Assembly: GCA_012267505.1 (NCBI GenBank)
Contig: JAAXGI010000155.1
Location: forward strand, 484-64,483
DNA length: 64,000 nucleotides
Source: Gemmatimonadota bacterium
GTDB taxonomy: Bacteria; Gemmatimonadota; Gemmatimonadetes; Longimicrobiales; Gaopeijiaceae
Direction: 5' to 3'
Below, piece after piece: positions 11,511 to 21,133 of this stretch (position 1 is its first letter; the number at the start of each line of letters is the position of its first letter). The translations under genes were made by a program, and so were the position numbers. Below the pieces are notes generated by a model, which worked only from the letters and a program-made list of their open reading frames with translations, ran no database searches and was not told where the DNA came from.

Positions 11511-12788
11511 CTATGGCTCGAGGCGACTCACCCCCACGAGGCGGGGCAAGGGCGGCGGAAGCGTAACGCCGCCGGTCTCATCTTGGTACGTCTCGAGCAG
11601 CGCGACGAGAAGCCGCGGAAGCGCGAGGGCCGAGCCGTTCAGCGTGTGCGCGAACTCCACCTTCCCGCTCGGCGTCGGGCGGCACCGGATGTTCGCCCGA
11701 CGGGCCTGGAAGTCGCCGAAGGTCGAGCAACTCGAGACCTCTAGCCACTGCGACACGCCCGGAGACCAGACCTCGATGTCGTAGGTCAGCGCGGCCGAGA
11801 ACCCTAGGTCCCCGGCTGCTAGGCGCACGACGCGGTAGGCAAGGCCCAGCTCGCGGAGGATCCTCTCCGCCTCGCCCGTAAGGACCTCGAGCCCGGTCCG
11901 GCTCTCAGCTGCCATCTCGATGCGAACAAGCTCGACCTTGTCGAACTGGTGCACCCTGAGGATGCCTCGCGTGTCCTTCCCCGCCGCCCCTGCTTCCCTC
12001 CGGAAGCACGGCGAGTACGCCACGTAACGGATCGGCAGCTCTCCCGCGCTGAGGATCTCGTTCCGGTGCAGGTTTGTCACCGGCACCTCGGCGGTCGGGA
12101 TCAGCCAGAGCCCGTCCCGCTCGACGAGGTATGACTCATCGGCGAACTTCGGCAACTGCCCCGTCCCCGTGAGCGTCTCCCCCGTCACGAGATACGGCAC
12201 GCGAAGCTCCTCATAGCCGTGTTCGCGCGTGTGGAGATCGATCATCCAGTCGATCAAGGCGCGCTGCAGGCGCGCGCCGGCCCGTCGGAGGATGGGGAAG
12301 CCGGAGCCCGAAATCTTCGCACCACGCGGGAGATCCAGAATCCCGAGCGCCGCTCCCAACTCCCAGTGGGGCGCAGGGTCGAAGGGATGGTCCCTCGGCT
12401 CCCCCCAGGTCCGCACCACGTCGCCAGCCTCCGGGCCTCCGGGCTGCACTTCGGGAAGCGGGGTGTTCGGGAGCGCGAGCAGAAGTTCCTGCACCCGCTC
12501 ACCGGCGGTGCGCGCGGTCGCTTCCGCCTGCTGTATCTCGGCCCCAACGGCACGCATTTCCTCGATGGCTGAGGCGGCGTTGCGACCCGACCGCTTGAGC
12601 TCGCCGATCCTGCGCGACGCCTCGTTTCGGCGCGCCCGGAGCTCATCGCCCCTCGTGACGGCGCGTCGTCGCTCGCCGTCGAGCGCGACGAGTTCCTCGA
12701 TCATGCGCGGCGCGTCGTCGAAACCCCTCCGCACCAGCCCGTGGCACACAACCTCCGGCTCGGCGCGGACGGCCCTGACGTCAAGCAT
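11511..12788 (-). CDS. serS: Serine--tRNA ligase
   Basis: From ATG 12788: MLDVRAVRAEPE...GSGFPILRRAGARLQRALIDWM...YSPCFRREAGAAGKDTRGILRVHQFDKVE...TLNGSALALPR, the class II aaRS motifs. The upstream part of track ORF 11511..13196 is spurious. Confidence 0.95.
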   Translation of the reverse strand: MLDVRAVRAEPEVVCHGLVRRGFDDAPRMIEELVALDGERRRAVTRGDELRARRNEASRRIGELKRSGRNAASAIEEMRAVGAEIQQAEATARTAGERVQELLLALPNTPLPEVQPGGPEAGDVVRTWGEPRDHPFDPAPHWELGAALGILDLPRGAKISGSGFPILRRAGARLQRALIDWMIDLHTREHGYEELRVPYLVTGETLTGTGQLPKFADESYLVERDGLWLIPTAEVPVTNLHRNEILSAGELPIRYVAYSPCFRREAGAAGKDTRGILRVHQFDKVELVRIEMAAESRTGLEVLTGEAERILRELGLAYRVVRLAAGDLGFSAALTYDIEVWSPGVSQWLEVSSCSTFGDFQARRANIRCRPTPSGKVEFAHTLNGSALALPRLLVALLETYQDETGGVTLPPPLPRLVGVSRLEP

Positions 12789-12801
12789 CGGCGCGCAGCA
12801 C

Positions 12802-13359
12802 CTAGTTCGGGGGAACCAGACTGCGGTTGTTGCAATCGGGACTTGTATCGTGACGGAACCGGAAGGTCCCGTGTGCAACGTCGATCTCGACCGGCTCGAA
12901 CTTCCCGTAGTACACGCAGACCCGGTTGAAGCGGCCGATCTGCTCGTGGGTCCGGACCACGTACACCGTCCCGAACTCGGCGGGAACCGGATCGTCCATG
13001 ATGTAGAGCAGGGTATCCCTCGGCGCGCGCCGCACTTCCTCGAAAGTTGTCCCCTCCATGGGCACGAGGGCCGCCCTGGACTGAACCCCGAGGACGGACG
13101 GGGGAACGAGGAGCATCCGCCCGCCCCGGCGCTCCACCGAGAAGTCCCAGTTGCCCTGTGACAGCGGATCCTCGATGACCACTCTCGACCTGGCAAGCAT
13201 GTTGAACCCGGACGGCCGATTCATCTCCTCGCGATCGAGCGCGAAGAGCGTCGCTTCCCGGGGATTCTCGGTCCACCGGACGAGGAATGGGTCATCGCCA
13301 CACCCGCCCAGGACGAGGAGGAGCACCGTCGCCGCCGCCCGGGAAGACACTCGTCTCAT
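12802..13359 (-). CDS. Hypothetical lipoprotein
   Basis: MRRVSSRAAATVLLLVLGGCGDD is a signal peptide with an LGGC lipobox. GC3 is high and the composition is protein-like. It lies 13 nt upstream of serS, so it is probably co-transcribed. Confidence 0.8.
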   Translation of the reverse strand: MRRVSSRAAATVLLLVLGGCGDDPFLVRWTENPREATLFALDREEMNRPSGFNMLARSRVVIEDPLSQGNWDFSVERRGGRMLLVPPSVLGVQSRAALVPMEGTTFEEVRRAPRDTLLYIMDDPVPAEFGTVYVVRTHEQIGRFNRVCVYYGKFEPVEIDVAHGTFRFRHDTSPDCNNRSLVPPN

Positions 13360-13438
13360 GGATGCGTTGTCGACCGTGTGCGAGGGGTCCTGCAGGCGCT
13401 GGTCGGATGCTCTGCCGGAGGGTATCTTCGTGCGGCGA

Positions 13439-13468
13439 ACACTATTCGGCCACGCGGAAGAGTGTCAA
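13439..13468 (-). promoter_or_regulatory. Candidate sigma70 promoter for the lipoprotein-serS unit
   Basis: On the minus strand: TTGACA (13468..13463), an 18-nt spacer, then TAGTGT (13444..13439). This is about 75 nt upstream of ATG 13359. Sequence match only. Confidence 0.35.
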
Positions 13469-13553
13469 CCCCCCGATGAGTCGCGGATTCCCTGGTCACT
13501 GACACCGTGCGCCGCCCGTCCGGGCACGCTGGCGGCCGACCCCCAGCCGGCTC

Positions 13554-14723
13554 GTGCGCGGTGCTTGCGGGGTCCGGCGGGTGAGCCCGCCCCGGGGAGC
13601 CGGCGCGCGCCTCTGGGCCGTCATCCTCGCGGGCGGGATCGGATCACGCTTCTGGCCCGCTAGCCGGCCCGAACGCCCGAAGATCCTCCTCCCGCTCGCC
13701 TCTGGGCGTCCGATGATCCGCGCGGCGGTCGACCGCGCGCTCGGGTTCGTCGATCGCGGCCACCTCGCCGTCCTCGCCCGCGAGCCACTCGCCGCCCGGC
13801 TCCGCCTCCTCCTCCCAGAGCTCGTGGCCGGGAACTACTGGTGCGAGCCGCAGGCGCGGGGAACCGGCCCCGCGCTCGCCTGGGCCGCCCACCGGATCAG
13901 CCGACGCGATCCCGGGGCAATCCTCGTCTCCCTTCACGCGGACCACGATGTCGGGCCGGTCGGGGCCTTCTGCCAGGCTGTCCGGGCGGCGGCCGATGCC
14001 GCGCGCCGCGAGGATCTCCTGATGGCGATCGGCGTCCCCCCCGACCGCCCTGAGACCGGATTCGGCTATATCAAGCCCGGGCGCGGCCTACTACCCTCCG
14101 ATGCTAGCGGCCCGGCCGTCCACCGGGTCGAGGAGTTCGCGGAAAAACCGGACCGGACCGCCGCCCGTGATTACATCGCGAGCGGCTACCTCTGGAACAC
14201 CGGGATCTTCGTCTTCCCGGTGGCTCGATTCCTCGAGGAGCTCCGCCGTCACGCGCCGGAGATCGCGACGTTTCTTCCCCTCCTCGACCACGGCGACGTG
14301 ACCGGATTCTTCGAGCAGGCGGGACCGGTCTCGGTCGACGAGGCAGTCTTCGAGCGGAGCCGGTGTGTGGGCGCCGTGAGCGCGGAGTTCCGCTGGGACG
14401 ACATGGGGAGCTGGGAGTCTGTCGCGCGTGCCCTACCCCCAGATTCGGACGGGAACTGGCGGGTGGGTGAGGCGCACGCGGTCGAGACACGTGCGTCGGT
14501 AATCTGGGCCGAGGACGGGCCGGTGGTCACCTACGGCGTGGATGACCTCGTCGTGGCACGCTCGGGAGGCATCACTCTCGTCACCACGCGTGGGCGGGCG
14601 CGCGAGCTTAAGCAGCTGGTCAGCCGCCTGCCCCGCGCGCTCCGGGCGGAAGGCGGGGACGCCGCAAGCCAAGAGATGGGGCCAGAAGGCGGGGCGGGAG
14701 GAACAGGGAGCGGCGAGCCGTGA
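13554..14723 (+). CDS. Mannose-1-phosphate guanylyltransferase-like nucleotidyltransferase
   Basis: WAVILAGGIGSRFWPASRPERPKILLPL is the NTP-transferase G-rich loop, followed by GFGYIKPG and YLWNTGIFVF. Start is GTG 13554 or GTG 13581. Confidence 0.85.
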   Translation: MRGACGVRRVSPPRGAGARLWAVILAGGIGSRFWPASRPERPKILLPLASGRPMIRAAVDRALGFVDRGHLAVLAREPLAARLRLLLPELVAGNYWCEPQARGTGPALAWAAHRISRRDPGAILVSLHADHDVGPVGAFCQAVRAAADAARREDLLMAIGVPPDRPETGFGYIKPGRGLLPSDASGPAVHRVEEFAEKPDRTAARDYIASGYLWNTGIFVFPVARFLEELRRHAPEIATFLPLLDHGDVTGFFEQAGPVSVDEAVFERSRCVGAVSAEFRWDDMGSWESVARALPPDSDGNWRVGEAHAVETRASVIWAEDGPVVTYGVDDLVVARSGGITLVTTRGRARELKQLVSRLPRALRAEGGDAASQEMGPEGGAGGTGSGEP

Positions 14724-15952
14724 ACACCCGTCTCTACCTCCTTGAGGACCGGACCGCCCGCGACTGGTCGCCGATCACCGAGACGCGTCCGGCCGGTGAG
14801 GTCCGCTTCGGCGCGCTCCTCCTCCGGGAACGGATCGAGCGGGCCACAGGGCTCATCTCCGAGGGCTACCTCCCCGACGACGGACCGCCTCCCGGTGCCA
14901 CTTCCGGCCGACTCCTCCTTTCCGCCCGCTACCTTCCCCCACTTCCGGGCGAGAGTCCTGGGACCGGCCGGCCACTCCCCCCACCGCTTCCAGCGGCGCC
15001 CGCGCGGCTCGTCGCCGGTGATGAGCAGGTGGGATGGCTGCTTCCCCCGGGCGACTCCTCGACCGAGGCTGCTCCCGATGCCGCCGGAGACGACTGCACG
15101 GCCAAGATCGAGCTTCCCGGCACGACGGTCGAGGCGCTCTGGGACCTCGTGGCCCACCACCCGGGCCGGATCGCCGGCGACCTCCGGATCCTCGCCCGGG
15201 AGGCTGGCGACGGGGCGGACAACGGCCGATCGCTGCCGGAAGGAGTAGTCCGTCTCGGCCGCGAGCCGCTCCGGATCAGCGACGGCGTCGTCCTCGATCC
15301 GGGTGCGGTCCTCGACACTCGGTCCGGCCCGATCCGGCTGGGCCCGGGCGTGACGGTCCGGCCGCACACGCATCTCATGGGTCCGGCCTCGATCGGCGAG
15401 GACACCATCCTCCTCGGAGGCATCTTCGGCTCCTTTGCCTGCGGGCGTTCCTGCAGGCTCCGCGGCGAGATCTCGCACTCGATCCTGCACGACGGTGTAA
15501 ACAAGGCACACGACGGATATCTCGGCCACTCGGTGGTGGGATCGTGGGTGAACCTCGGGGCAATGACAACGAACTCGGATCTCAAGAACAACTACCGCCC
15601 CGTCCGGGTCGGCAGCCTCTGGGGCGAGGTCGAAACGGGACTTCTCAAGCTCGGCGTCTTCCTCGGCGACCATGTGAAGACGGGGATCGGCACACGACTC
15701 GGCGCGGGAACATGTATCGGGGCCGGGACAAACGTGTTCGGTCCCGGGCTCCCCCGGAAGTGGATCCCGCCATTTTCCTGGGGCGGGGGCGAGGAATTCG
15801 TTCCTTACCGCTGGGAGGCCTTCGTGGCTACAGCCGAACGCGTAATGGCACGGCGGGGCGTCCGGCTGGGCAATGAGGAGCGCGACAGACTCCACCGGGT
15901 CTGGATCGGTGAGCACGGTCCCGACCGAGCGCGCCCTCCTGGTCCCGCGTGA
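14720..15952 (+). CDS. Putative sugar nucleotidyltransferase-like protein with C-terminal left-handed beta-helix (hexapeptide repeats)
   Basis: The GTG start overlaps the upstream stop (GTGA). The C-terminus has GAMTTNSDLKNNYRPVRV...GVFLGDHVKTGIGTRLGAGTCIGAGTNVFG hexapeptide repeats. Confidence 0.75.
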   Translation: MNTRLYLLEDRTARDWSPITETRPAGEVRFGALLLRERIERATGLISEGYLPDDGPPPGATSGRLLLSARYLPPLPGESPGTGRPLPPPLPAAPARLVAGDEQVGWLLPPGDSSTEAAPDAAGDDCTAKIELPGTTVEALWDLVAHHPGRIAGDLRILAREAGDGADNGRSLPEGVVRLGREPLRISDGVVLDPGAVLDTRSGPIRLGPGVTVRPHTHLMGPASIGEDTILLGGIFGSFACGRSCRLRGEISHSILHDGVNKAHDGYLGHSVVGSWVNLGAMTTNSDLKNNYRPVRVGSLWGEVETGLLKLGVFLGDHVKTGIGTRLGAGTCIGAGTNVFGPGLPRKWIPPFSWGGGEEFVPYRWEAFVATAERVMARRGVRLGNEERDRLHRVWIGEHGPDRARPPGPA

Positions 15953-16800
15953 AGGTCGCGGTCCTCGGGAGCGGGAGCCGCGGGAACGCGGTCCTCGTCG
16001 CTGACGAGAAGACACGGATCCTGGTCGATGTCGGGCTGAGCGCCAAGCAGGCCGCCCGCAGACTCGACACCCTCGGCATCGGACCCGACTCGATCGCGGC
16101 GATCGTCGTGACGCACGACCACGGCGACCACACCCGGGGTGTCGGAGTCTACTCGCGACGGTTCGGGACCCCGGTCTACATCACGCGACCGACCCGCGAG
16201 GCTTGCGCCCGGCTCTTCCGGGGTGGCGAGCCGATCCGGCACTACGGTGCGGGCTGCCCGTTCGCGATCGGGACGCTTCGGGTGGAGCCATTCACGACGG
16301 CGCACGACGCTGTCGATCCCGTGGCGCTCGCCGTGACCGGCACGCGATCGGGCATGCGGATCGGGATCGCGACCGACCTCGGGCGGCCGACCGCCGGCGT
16401 CCGCCACTCGCTCTCCGGGTGCGACTTCCTCGTGCTCGAGGCGAACCACGATGAGCAGATGCTCCGGGACGGCCCCTACCCTCCCTCCGTCCAGGCGAGG
16501 ATCGCGTCCTCCCATGGGCACCTCTCCAATTACGCGGCGGCTGACTTCGCCCGTGAACTTCTGCATCCGGATTTGGTCGGGATCTTCCTCGCGCACCTGT
16601 CCCAGGAGTGCAACCAGCCCGGGCTCGCATGCCGGGTCGTCCGCGAGGGTCTCGCGGAAGTGGGCTGGAGCGGATTCCTTCAGGTCGCCGGCCAGGACGA
16701 ACCTACGCCCATGGTCGATATCGTCGAGCTGCGCCGGGCGCGAGGCCAGCGCCAGCTCTCCCTCTCCAGCCCAGTAGGATCAGAGGCCGACCAGCCGTAG
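15949..16800 (+). CDS. MBL-fold metallo-hydrolase
   Basis: The GTG start overlaps the upstream stop (GTGA). It has MKVAVLGSGSRGNAVLV and the HxHxDH motif VTHDHGDHTRG. Confidence 0.88.
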   Translation: MKVAVLGSGSRGNAVLVADEKTRILVDVGLSAKQAARRLDTLGIGPDSIAAIVVTHDHGDHTRGVGVYSRRFGTPVYITRPTREACARLFRGGEPIRHYGAGCPFAIGTLRVEPFTTAHDAVDPVALAVTGTRSGMRIGIATDLGRPTAGVRHSLSGCDFLVLEANHDEQMLRDGPYPPSVQARIASSHGHLSNYAAADFARELLHPDLVGIFLAHLSQECNQPGLACRVVREGLAEVGWSGFLQVAGQDEPTPMVDIVELRRARGQRQLSLSSPVGSEADQP

Positions 16801-18165
16801 GAGGTCGTTTCCCAGGGCGAGCACCATGATCCCGACGAGCACGACGAATCCGACCTGACTCCAGCGGAGCCGCTGCTCGACCGAGAGAGGGCGCCCCCGC
16901 ATTCCCTCGATCGCGAGAAAGGCAAGGTGACCTCCGTCGAGAACCGGGATCGGGAGCACGTTCAAGATCGCTAAATTTATCGAGAAGAGCGCCATAAACC
17001 GGAGGAAGGTGGGGAGTCCCTCCGCGGCCGCCCGGCCCGACATTTCCCCGATCGCCACGACGCTTCCCACATTCCGCGCGGAGATCTGCCCGGTGAGGAG
17101 ATCACCGAGGAACCCGAGGATCTCGCCCACGATGAACACCGTCTCGTTCCACCCCGCGGGAATCGCTTCGAGGAGTGGCATCGAGGAGTACGCGACATCG
17201 GGGAGGAGAGGAATGATCCCCACGCGACCGATCGTCTCCACCTCGCCGGTCTCTGGATCGAATTCCTCCTCCCGGTCCGGCGTCACGGGGAGATCGAGGC
17301 GCATCCGCGCCCGCTCGACAACGAGGTTAATCTCCCTCCCCGGGCTCGAACGAACCGCGTCCACAAGCTCGGGCCACGTTCGGATGGGCCGCTCGTCGAC
17401 GGCAACCACCCGGTCGCCCGGCCGGATGCCCGCGCGGCTTGCCGGGCCTCCTGGCGTCACGACATCGATGACCGGATCGAGCCAGTAATCCATCGCCCCG
17501 AAGATCGCTACCCGCGCCTCGCGGTCACCGAGCCGGATCTCGACCTCGCCGTCCGGAGCCTCGAAGACGACGGGGGTCCGGCCCGCGGGACCCTCGAGAA
17601 TCGCCTCGCGCACCTCTCCCCAGTGCCCGACGTCCACGCCCCCGATACTCACGATCGCGGCACCCGGAGGCACTTCGGCAAGAGGTGCGGCGTCCGCCGG
17701 CAAAGTCTCGGACTCGAGGATTCCGAAGCGGGTGGTCTCCCTCTCCGGGTATCCCCATCCGGCGGAGACGGTCGTGTAGGTGACGAATGCGAAGAGGAGG
17801 TTCATGAGAACGCCGGCCGAGATGACCCACGCCCGGGCCCAGACCGGCTTCGAGTCGAATCCGGCGACACTGGCCGCCCGCGGCTTGGGCGTGTCCTCTG
17901 GGCCTGACGGCACCGCCGTCTTGCTGCCCCCCTCGATCGCCTCCATGACCTCGTCGTCCATCCCGCGCATCTTCACGTAGCCGCCGAGCGGGATCGCGCT
18001 GATCACGAATTCGGTGCCGCCGCGGGTAAACCCGGCAATCCTCGGTCCGAGCCCGATCGAGAATCGCTCGACTGGGATGCCGACCGAGCGAGCAGCCAGA
18101 AAGTGCCCGAGCTCGTGCACGAAGATCACGACACCGAGTACGACCAGGGTCGAGAGCAAGGTCAT
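16780..18165 (-). CDS. rseP: RIP zinc metalloprotease RseP (M50 family)
   Basis: VIFVHELGHFLAARSVGIPVERFSIGLGP contains HExxH. There is a PDZ-like middle region and a C-terminal LNVLPIPVLDGGH motif. ATG 18165 overlaps the dxr stop (ATGA). Confidence 0.93.
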   Translation of the reverse strand: MTLLSTLVVLGVVIFVHELGHFLAARSVGIPVERFSIGLGPRIAGFTRGGTEFVISAIPLGGYVKMRGMDDEVMEAIEGGSKTAVPSGPEDTPKPRAASVAGFDSKPVWARAWVISAGVLMNLLFAFVTYTTVSAGWGYPERETTRFGILESETLPADAAPLAEVPPGAAIVSIGGVDVGHWGEVREAILEGPAGRTPVVFEAPDGEVEIRLGDREARVAIFGAMDYWLDPVIDVVTPGGPASRAGIRPGDRVVAVDERPIRTWPELVDAVRSSPGREINLVVERARMRLDLPVTPDREEEFDPETGEVETIGRVGIIPLLPDVAYSSMPLLEAIPAGWNETVFIVGEILGFLGDLLTGQISARNVGSVVAIGEMSGRAAAEGLPTFLRFMALFSINLAILNVLPIPVLDGGHLAFLAIEGMRGRPLSVEQRLRWSQVGFVVLVGIMVLALGNDLLRLVGL

Positions 18166-19385
18166 CGGCGGGGCCTCCCCGCGGGCCGGGAGCGCCCCGC
18201 CTTCCGGCGGGCTATCTCCCTGGCTTCGCGGTCTGCTTCAAGTACGTCGTCGAGCGTCGCGGCCGATCGCACGGCGGCGGCATCGAGCGTCTCCTCCACG
18301 ATCCCGGCCATCCTGGGAAAACTCACCTCGCCGGCAAGGAATGCGGCCACCGCCACCTCGTTCGCGGCGTTGAACACTACTGGCGCCGCCCCCCCCGTCT
18401 GCCCGGCCTCGCATCCGATCCGGAAGTGCGGGAAGGCATCGAGGTCGATGGGTTCGAAGGTGAGCGGCGAGGACTTGACGGGATCGAACGTACGCAGTGT
18501 CGCGTCCGGTGCTCTTCCGGGGTGGGTCAGCGCATACAGGATCGGCAGCTCCATAGTGGGGAACCCCAATTGCGCAATGACGGATCCATCCACGAACTCG
18601 ACCAGGGAGTGGATGACTGACTGCGGGTGAACAACCGCTTGGATCCGGTCGTAGGGGAGTCCATAGAGGAAGTGGGCCTCGATCACTTCGAGGGCCTTGT
18701 TCGCGAGCGTGGCAGAATCGATGGTAATCTTGTTGCCCATCTGCCACGTCGGATGCCTCAGCGCATCGCCCGGCTGCACTCCGGCGAGCCGAGCGGACGA
18801 CCAGCCCCGGAAGGGTCCCCCGGAGGCCGTAAGCACGATCTTCTGAACCGTCCCGTCCGGGTGGCCCTCGAGGCACTGCAGGACACCCGAGTGCTCGGAA
18901 TCGATCGGGACCAGCTGGCCCGGACGGCGGATCGCACGGGAAAGAAGCTCCCCGCCTGCCACCAGCGACTCCTTGTTCGCGAGCGCGAGACGCTTGCCCG
19001 CCTCGAGCGCCCGAAGCGACGGCTCGAGTCCCGCAAAGCCAACGACGGCGTTGACGACGACGTCCACGTCGGGGCGGCCCGCCGACTCGACAAGGCCGCG
19101 CCGGTCCGTCGCCCAGCGCCTTGGGATCCCGCCCCGCCCCGCACCCGCCCGCCGGCCCGATACCACTACGTGCGCCGACGCGTGCCTCTCCGCCTGCCGG
19201 GCGAGGGCATCGACGGAGCGATGCGCTGCCAGGACCGCCACCTCGAAGCGCTCGGGGTGGCGCTCGATGACGCGAAGCACGCTCCGGCCGACCGAGCCGG
19301 TGGAACCCAGGACCGCGACGCGAAGGGGCCGCGACGGCTCCCGGGCGGCCGTGGTCCGCGAGCTGCCGAAGGCCGGCGTCGTCAC
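18162..19385 (-). CDS. dxr: 1-deoxy-D-xylulose 5-phosphate reductoisomerase
   Basis: LRVAVLGSTGSVGRSVLRVI...LANKESLV...IDSEHSGVLQCL are Dxr signatures. GTG 19385 is the only in-frame start upstream of the Rossmann motif and overlaps the cdsA stop. The rest of track ORF 18162..20327 is an out-of-frame read through cdsA. Confidence 0.92.
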   Translation of the reverse strand: MTTPAFGSSRTTAAREPSRPLRVAVLGSTGSVGRSVLRVIERHPERFEVAVLAAHRSVDALARQAERHASAHVVVSGRRAGAGRGGIPRRWATDRRGLVESAGRPDVDVVVNAVVGFAGLEPSLRALEAGKRLALANKESLVAGGELLSRAIRRPGQLVPIDSEHSGVLQCLEGHPDGTVQKIVLTASGGPFRGWSSARLAGVQPGDALRHPTWQMGNKITIDSATLANKALEVIEAHFLYGLPYDRIQAVVHPQSVIHSLVEFVDGSVIAQLGFPTMELPILYALTHPGRAPDATLRTFDPVKSSPLTFEPIDLDAFPHFRIGCEAGQTGGAAPVVFNAANEVAVAAFLAGEVSFPRMAGIVEETLDAAAVRSAATLDDVLEADREAREIARRKAGRSRPAGRPRR

Positions 19386-20260
19386 CGTGCGAGAACCGCG
19401 AGGAGTAGGTAGGTCACTGGAAGCGCGAAGAAGATCGAGTCGAAGCGGTCGAGAACGCCACCGTGCCCGGGAAAGAGCCTGCCTGAATCCTTGACCCCCA
19501 CTTCCCTCTTGAGAAGCGACTCGGCCAGATCCCCGAGTTGGGCGACCGTGCCGACGAGTGCGCCGACCAGCACCGCCGCACCGGGGGGGAGGATAAACCC
19601 CGCGTAGGGGCCAACGAGAAGGGCGGCCGCGAGAACAGCGCCGAGAACGGCGCCGAGAAGTCCGCCGAGGGCACCGGCGACGGTTTTTCCCGGACTCACC
19701 CTCGGGATGAGCTTCCTCTTGCCCCAGCGGTGGCCGGCGAAGTAGGCAGCCGAGTCGCCGAGCCACGCGACGACCAGAGGAAAGATGAGTAGCGAGGCGC
19801 CCTCCCATCCCGCCCCTCCGCTTCCCGCGCCAGGGAAGTGGCGGAGGTGGACCCCGAAGGCCAGGGTCATCCCGAGCCAAGCCGGGGCGAATGCGGTCAC
19901 CGCTGCAGAGGCGAGAGGCTGCTCTTCGGTACTTCGCCGGAATACGGAAGCGCCAAGCGCGAAGAGCGAGAGGGCGAGCAGGATGAGCACCGCGGGGAAC
20001 GCCCACGTTCGGGGGCCGTCCGCCCAGGCCGCCGCAAGGACCAGAAGCACGGATGCGCCGATCCCTGGGACGGTCAGCGGGCGTGCTCCGGCGCGCTCCG
20101 CGAAGCGGAACAGCTCGTTCGTTCCGAGCGCCGCAACGAGGGCGAGAACGACCGCCACGCTCCAGACCCCTAGGTAGATGACAGCGACCCCGCACGGTAT
20201 CCCGACCGCCGCTACTCCAAGCCGCTGGCGCTGATCGTCCAGGCGCCCTGCCTCCTGCAT
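19382..20260 (-). CDS. cdsA: Phosphatidate cytidylyltransferase
   Basis: Polytopic protein with C-terminal GDLAESLLKREVGVKDSGRLFPGHGGVLDRFDS, the CdsA signature. Start is ATG 20260 (GTG 20263 also possible). Confidence 0.92.
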   Translation of the reverse strand: MQEAGRLDDQRQRLGVAAVGIPCGVAVIYLGVWSVAVVLALVAALGTNELFRFAERAGARPLTVPGIGASVLLVLAAAWADGPRTWAFPAVLILLALSLFALGASVFRRSTEEQPLASAAVTAFAPAWLGMTLAFGVHLRHFPGAGSGGAGWEGASLLIFPLVVAWLGDSAAYFAGHRWGKRKLIPRVSPGKTVAGALGGLLGAVLGAVLAAALLVGPYAGFILPPGAAVLVGALVGTVAQLGDLAESLLKREVGVKDSGRLFPGHGGVLDRFDSIFFALPVTYLLLAVLAR

Positions 20261-20292
20261 CACGGTAACGGGGGGCTGCCGGCTGGATGGCG

Positions 20293-21045
20293 TCAGGAGG
20301 ACGGGACGCGGCCGAAGCGACGCTCACGCCGCTGGTATTCGACTAGCGCCTCCCGGAGGTCGGCTTGTGTGAAGTCGGGCCATAGCACAGGGGTCGTGTA
20401 GATCTCCGTATAGGCAAACTGCCAGAGCATGAAGTTCGAGATCCGGAGCTCTCCCGAGGTCCGGATCAGGAGGTCCGGATCCGGGAGGGATCCGGTCAGG
20501 AGGTGGGAAGCGAATGCGTCCCCGTCGATGTCGGCCACCTCGAGCACACCCTCGCGCACCCGCGCGGCAATTGCACGAACCGCACCCAGGATGTCGGCCC
20601 GGCCCGAGTAGGATACCATTAGGTTCAGACGCATGCGCGCCCCTCCGCGTGTCTCCCGCTGGATCGCGCGGACGGAACCCAGCGTGGCTTCGTCGAGCCG
20701 CGAGAGGTCACCGAGGACCCGGACTTCGACGCCCTTCTCCCTAAGCTCCTCCTTCTCCTGCCCCGCATACAGCCGCAGCAGCCCCATCAGGGCATGGATC
20801 TCCTCCTCGGGCCGCTGCCAGTTGTCGGTCGAGAAGGCGAAGAGCGTTAGGATCCCCACCCCGGCCTCGGCGCAGCCCTCTATGACCTCGCGGACTGCCT
20901 TCATTCCCTCTTGGTGGCCCGCTCTGCGGGGAAGCCCCCTCGCGGCCGCCCACCGTCCGTTGCCGTCCATGATCACGGCGATGTGGCGCGGAACCGGCCC
21001 GTGGAGAGAGCCCAGAGAGCCGGGGTCGAGCGGATCCCGATTCAT
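20293..21045 (-). CDS. uppS: Isoprenyl transferase (undecaprenyl diphosphate synthase)
   Basis: From ATG 21045: MNRDPL...HIAVIMDGNGRWAAARGLPRRAGHQEG...LIRTSGELRISNFMLWQFAYTE. Confidence 0.93.
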   Translation of the reverse strand: MNRDPLDPGSLGSLHGPVPRHIAVIMDGNGRWAAARGLPRRAGHQEGMKAVREVIEGCAEAGVGILTLFAFSTDNWQRPEEEIHALMGLLRLYAGQEKEELREKGVEVRVLGDLSRLDEATLGSVRAIQRETRGGARMRLNLMVSYSGRADILGAVRAIAARVREGVLEVADIDGDAFASHLLTGSLPDPDLLIRTSGELRISNFMLWQFAYTEIYTTPVLWPDFTQADLREALVEYQRRERRFGRVPSS

Positions 21046-21133
21046 GGGGAGAAGATGTCCAGAGGTCGCGGGCCCTGTCAAAACGTGGCGGCGACGGGAC
21101 GGCGGGGGACACCGGCACGTGCGGGAACCCGCG

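Noticed and set aside
18162-20327. N-terminal extensions of track ORFs: dxr 721 aa, gatB, uppS, serS, rplM, grpE, pncC, mnmA, the rpsF ORF from 58476, the hydrolase ORF to 51195 and the kinase ORF to 39296.
   Set aside because: The extensions overlap upstream genes or are non-protein-like. Internal starts reproduce the canonical family N-termini and give ATGA/GTGA junctions.
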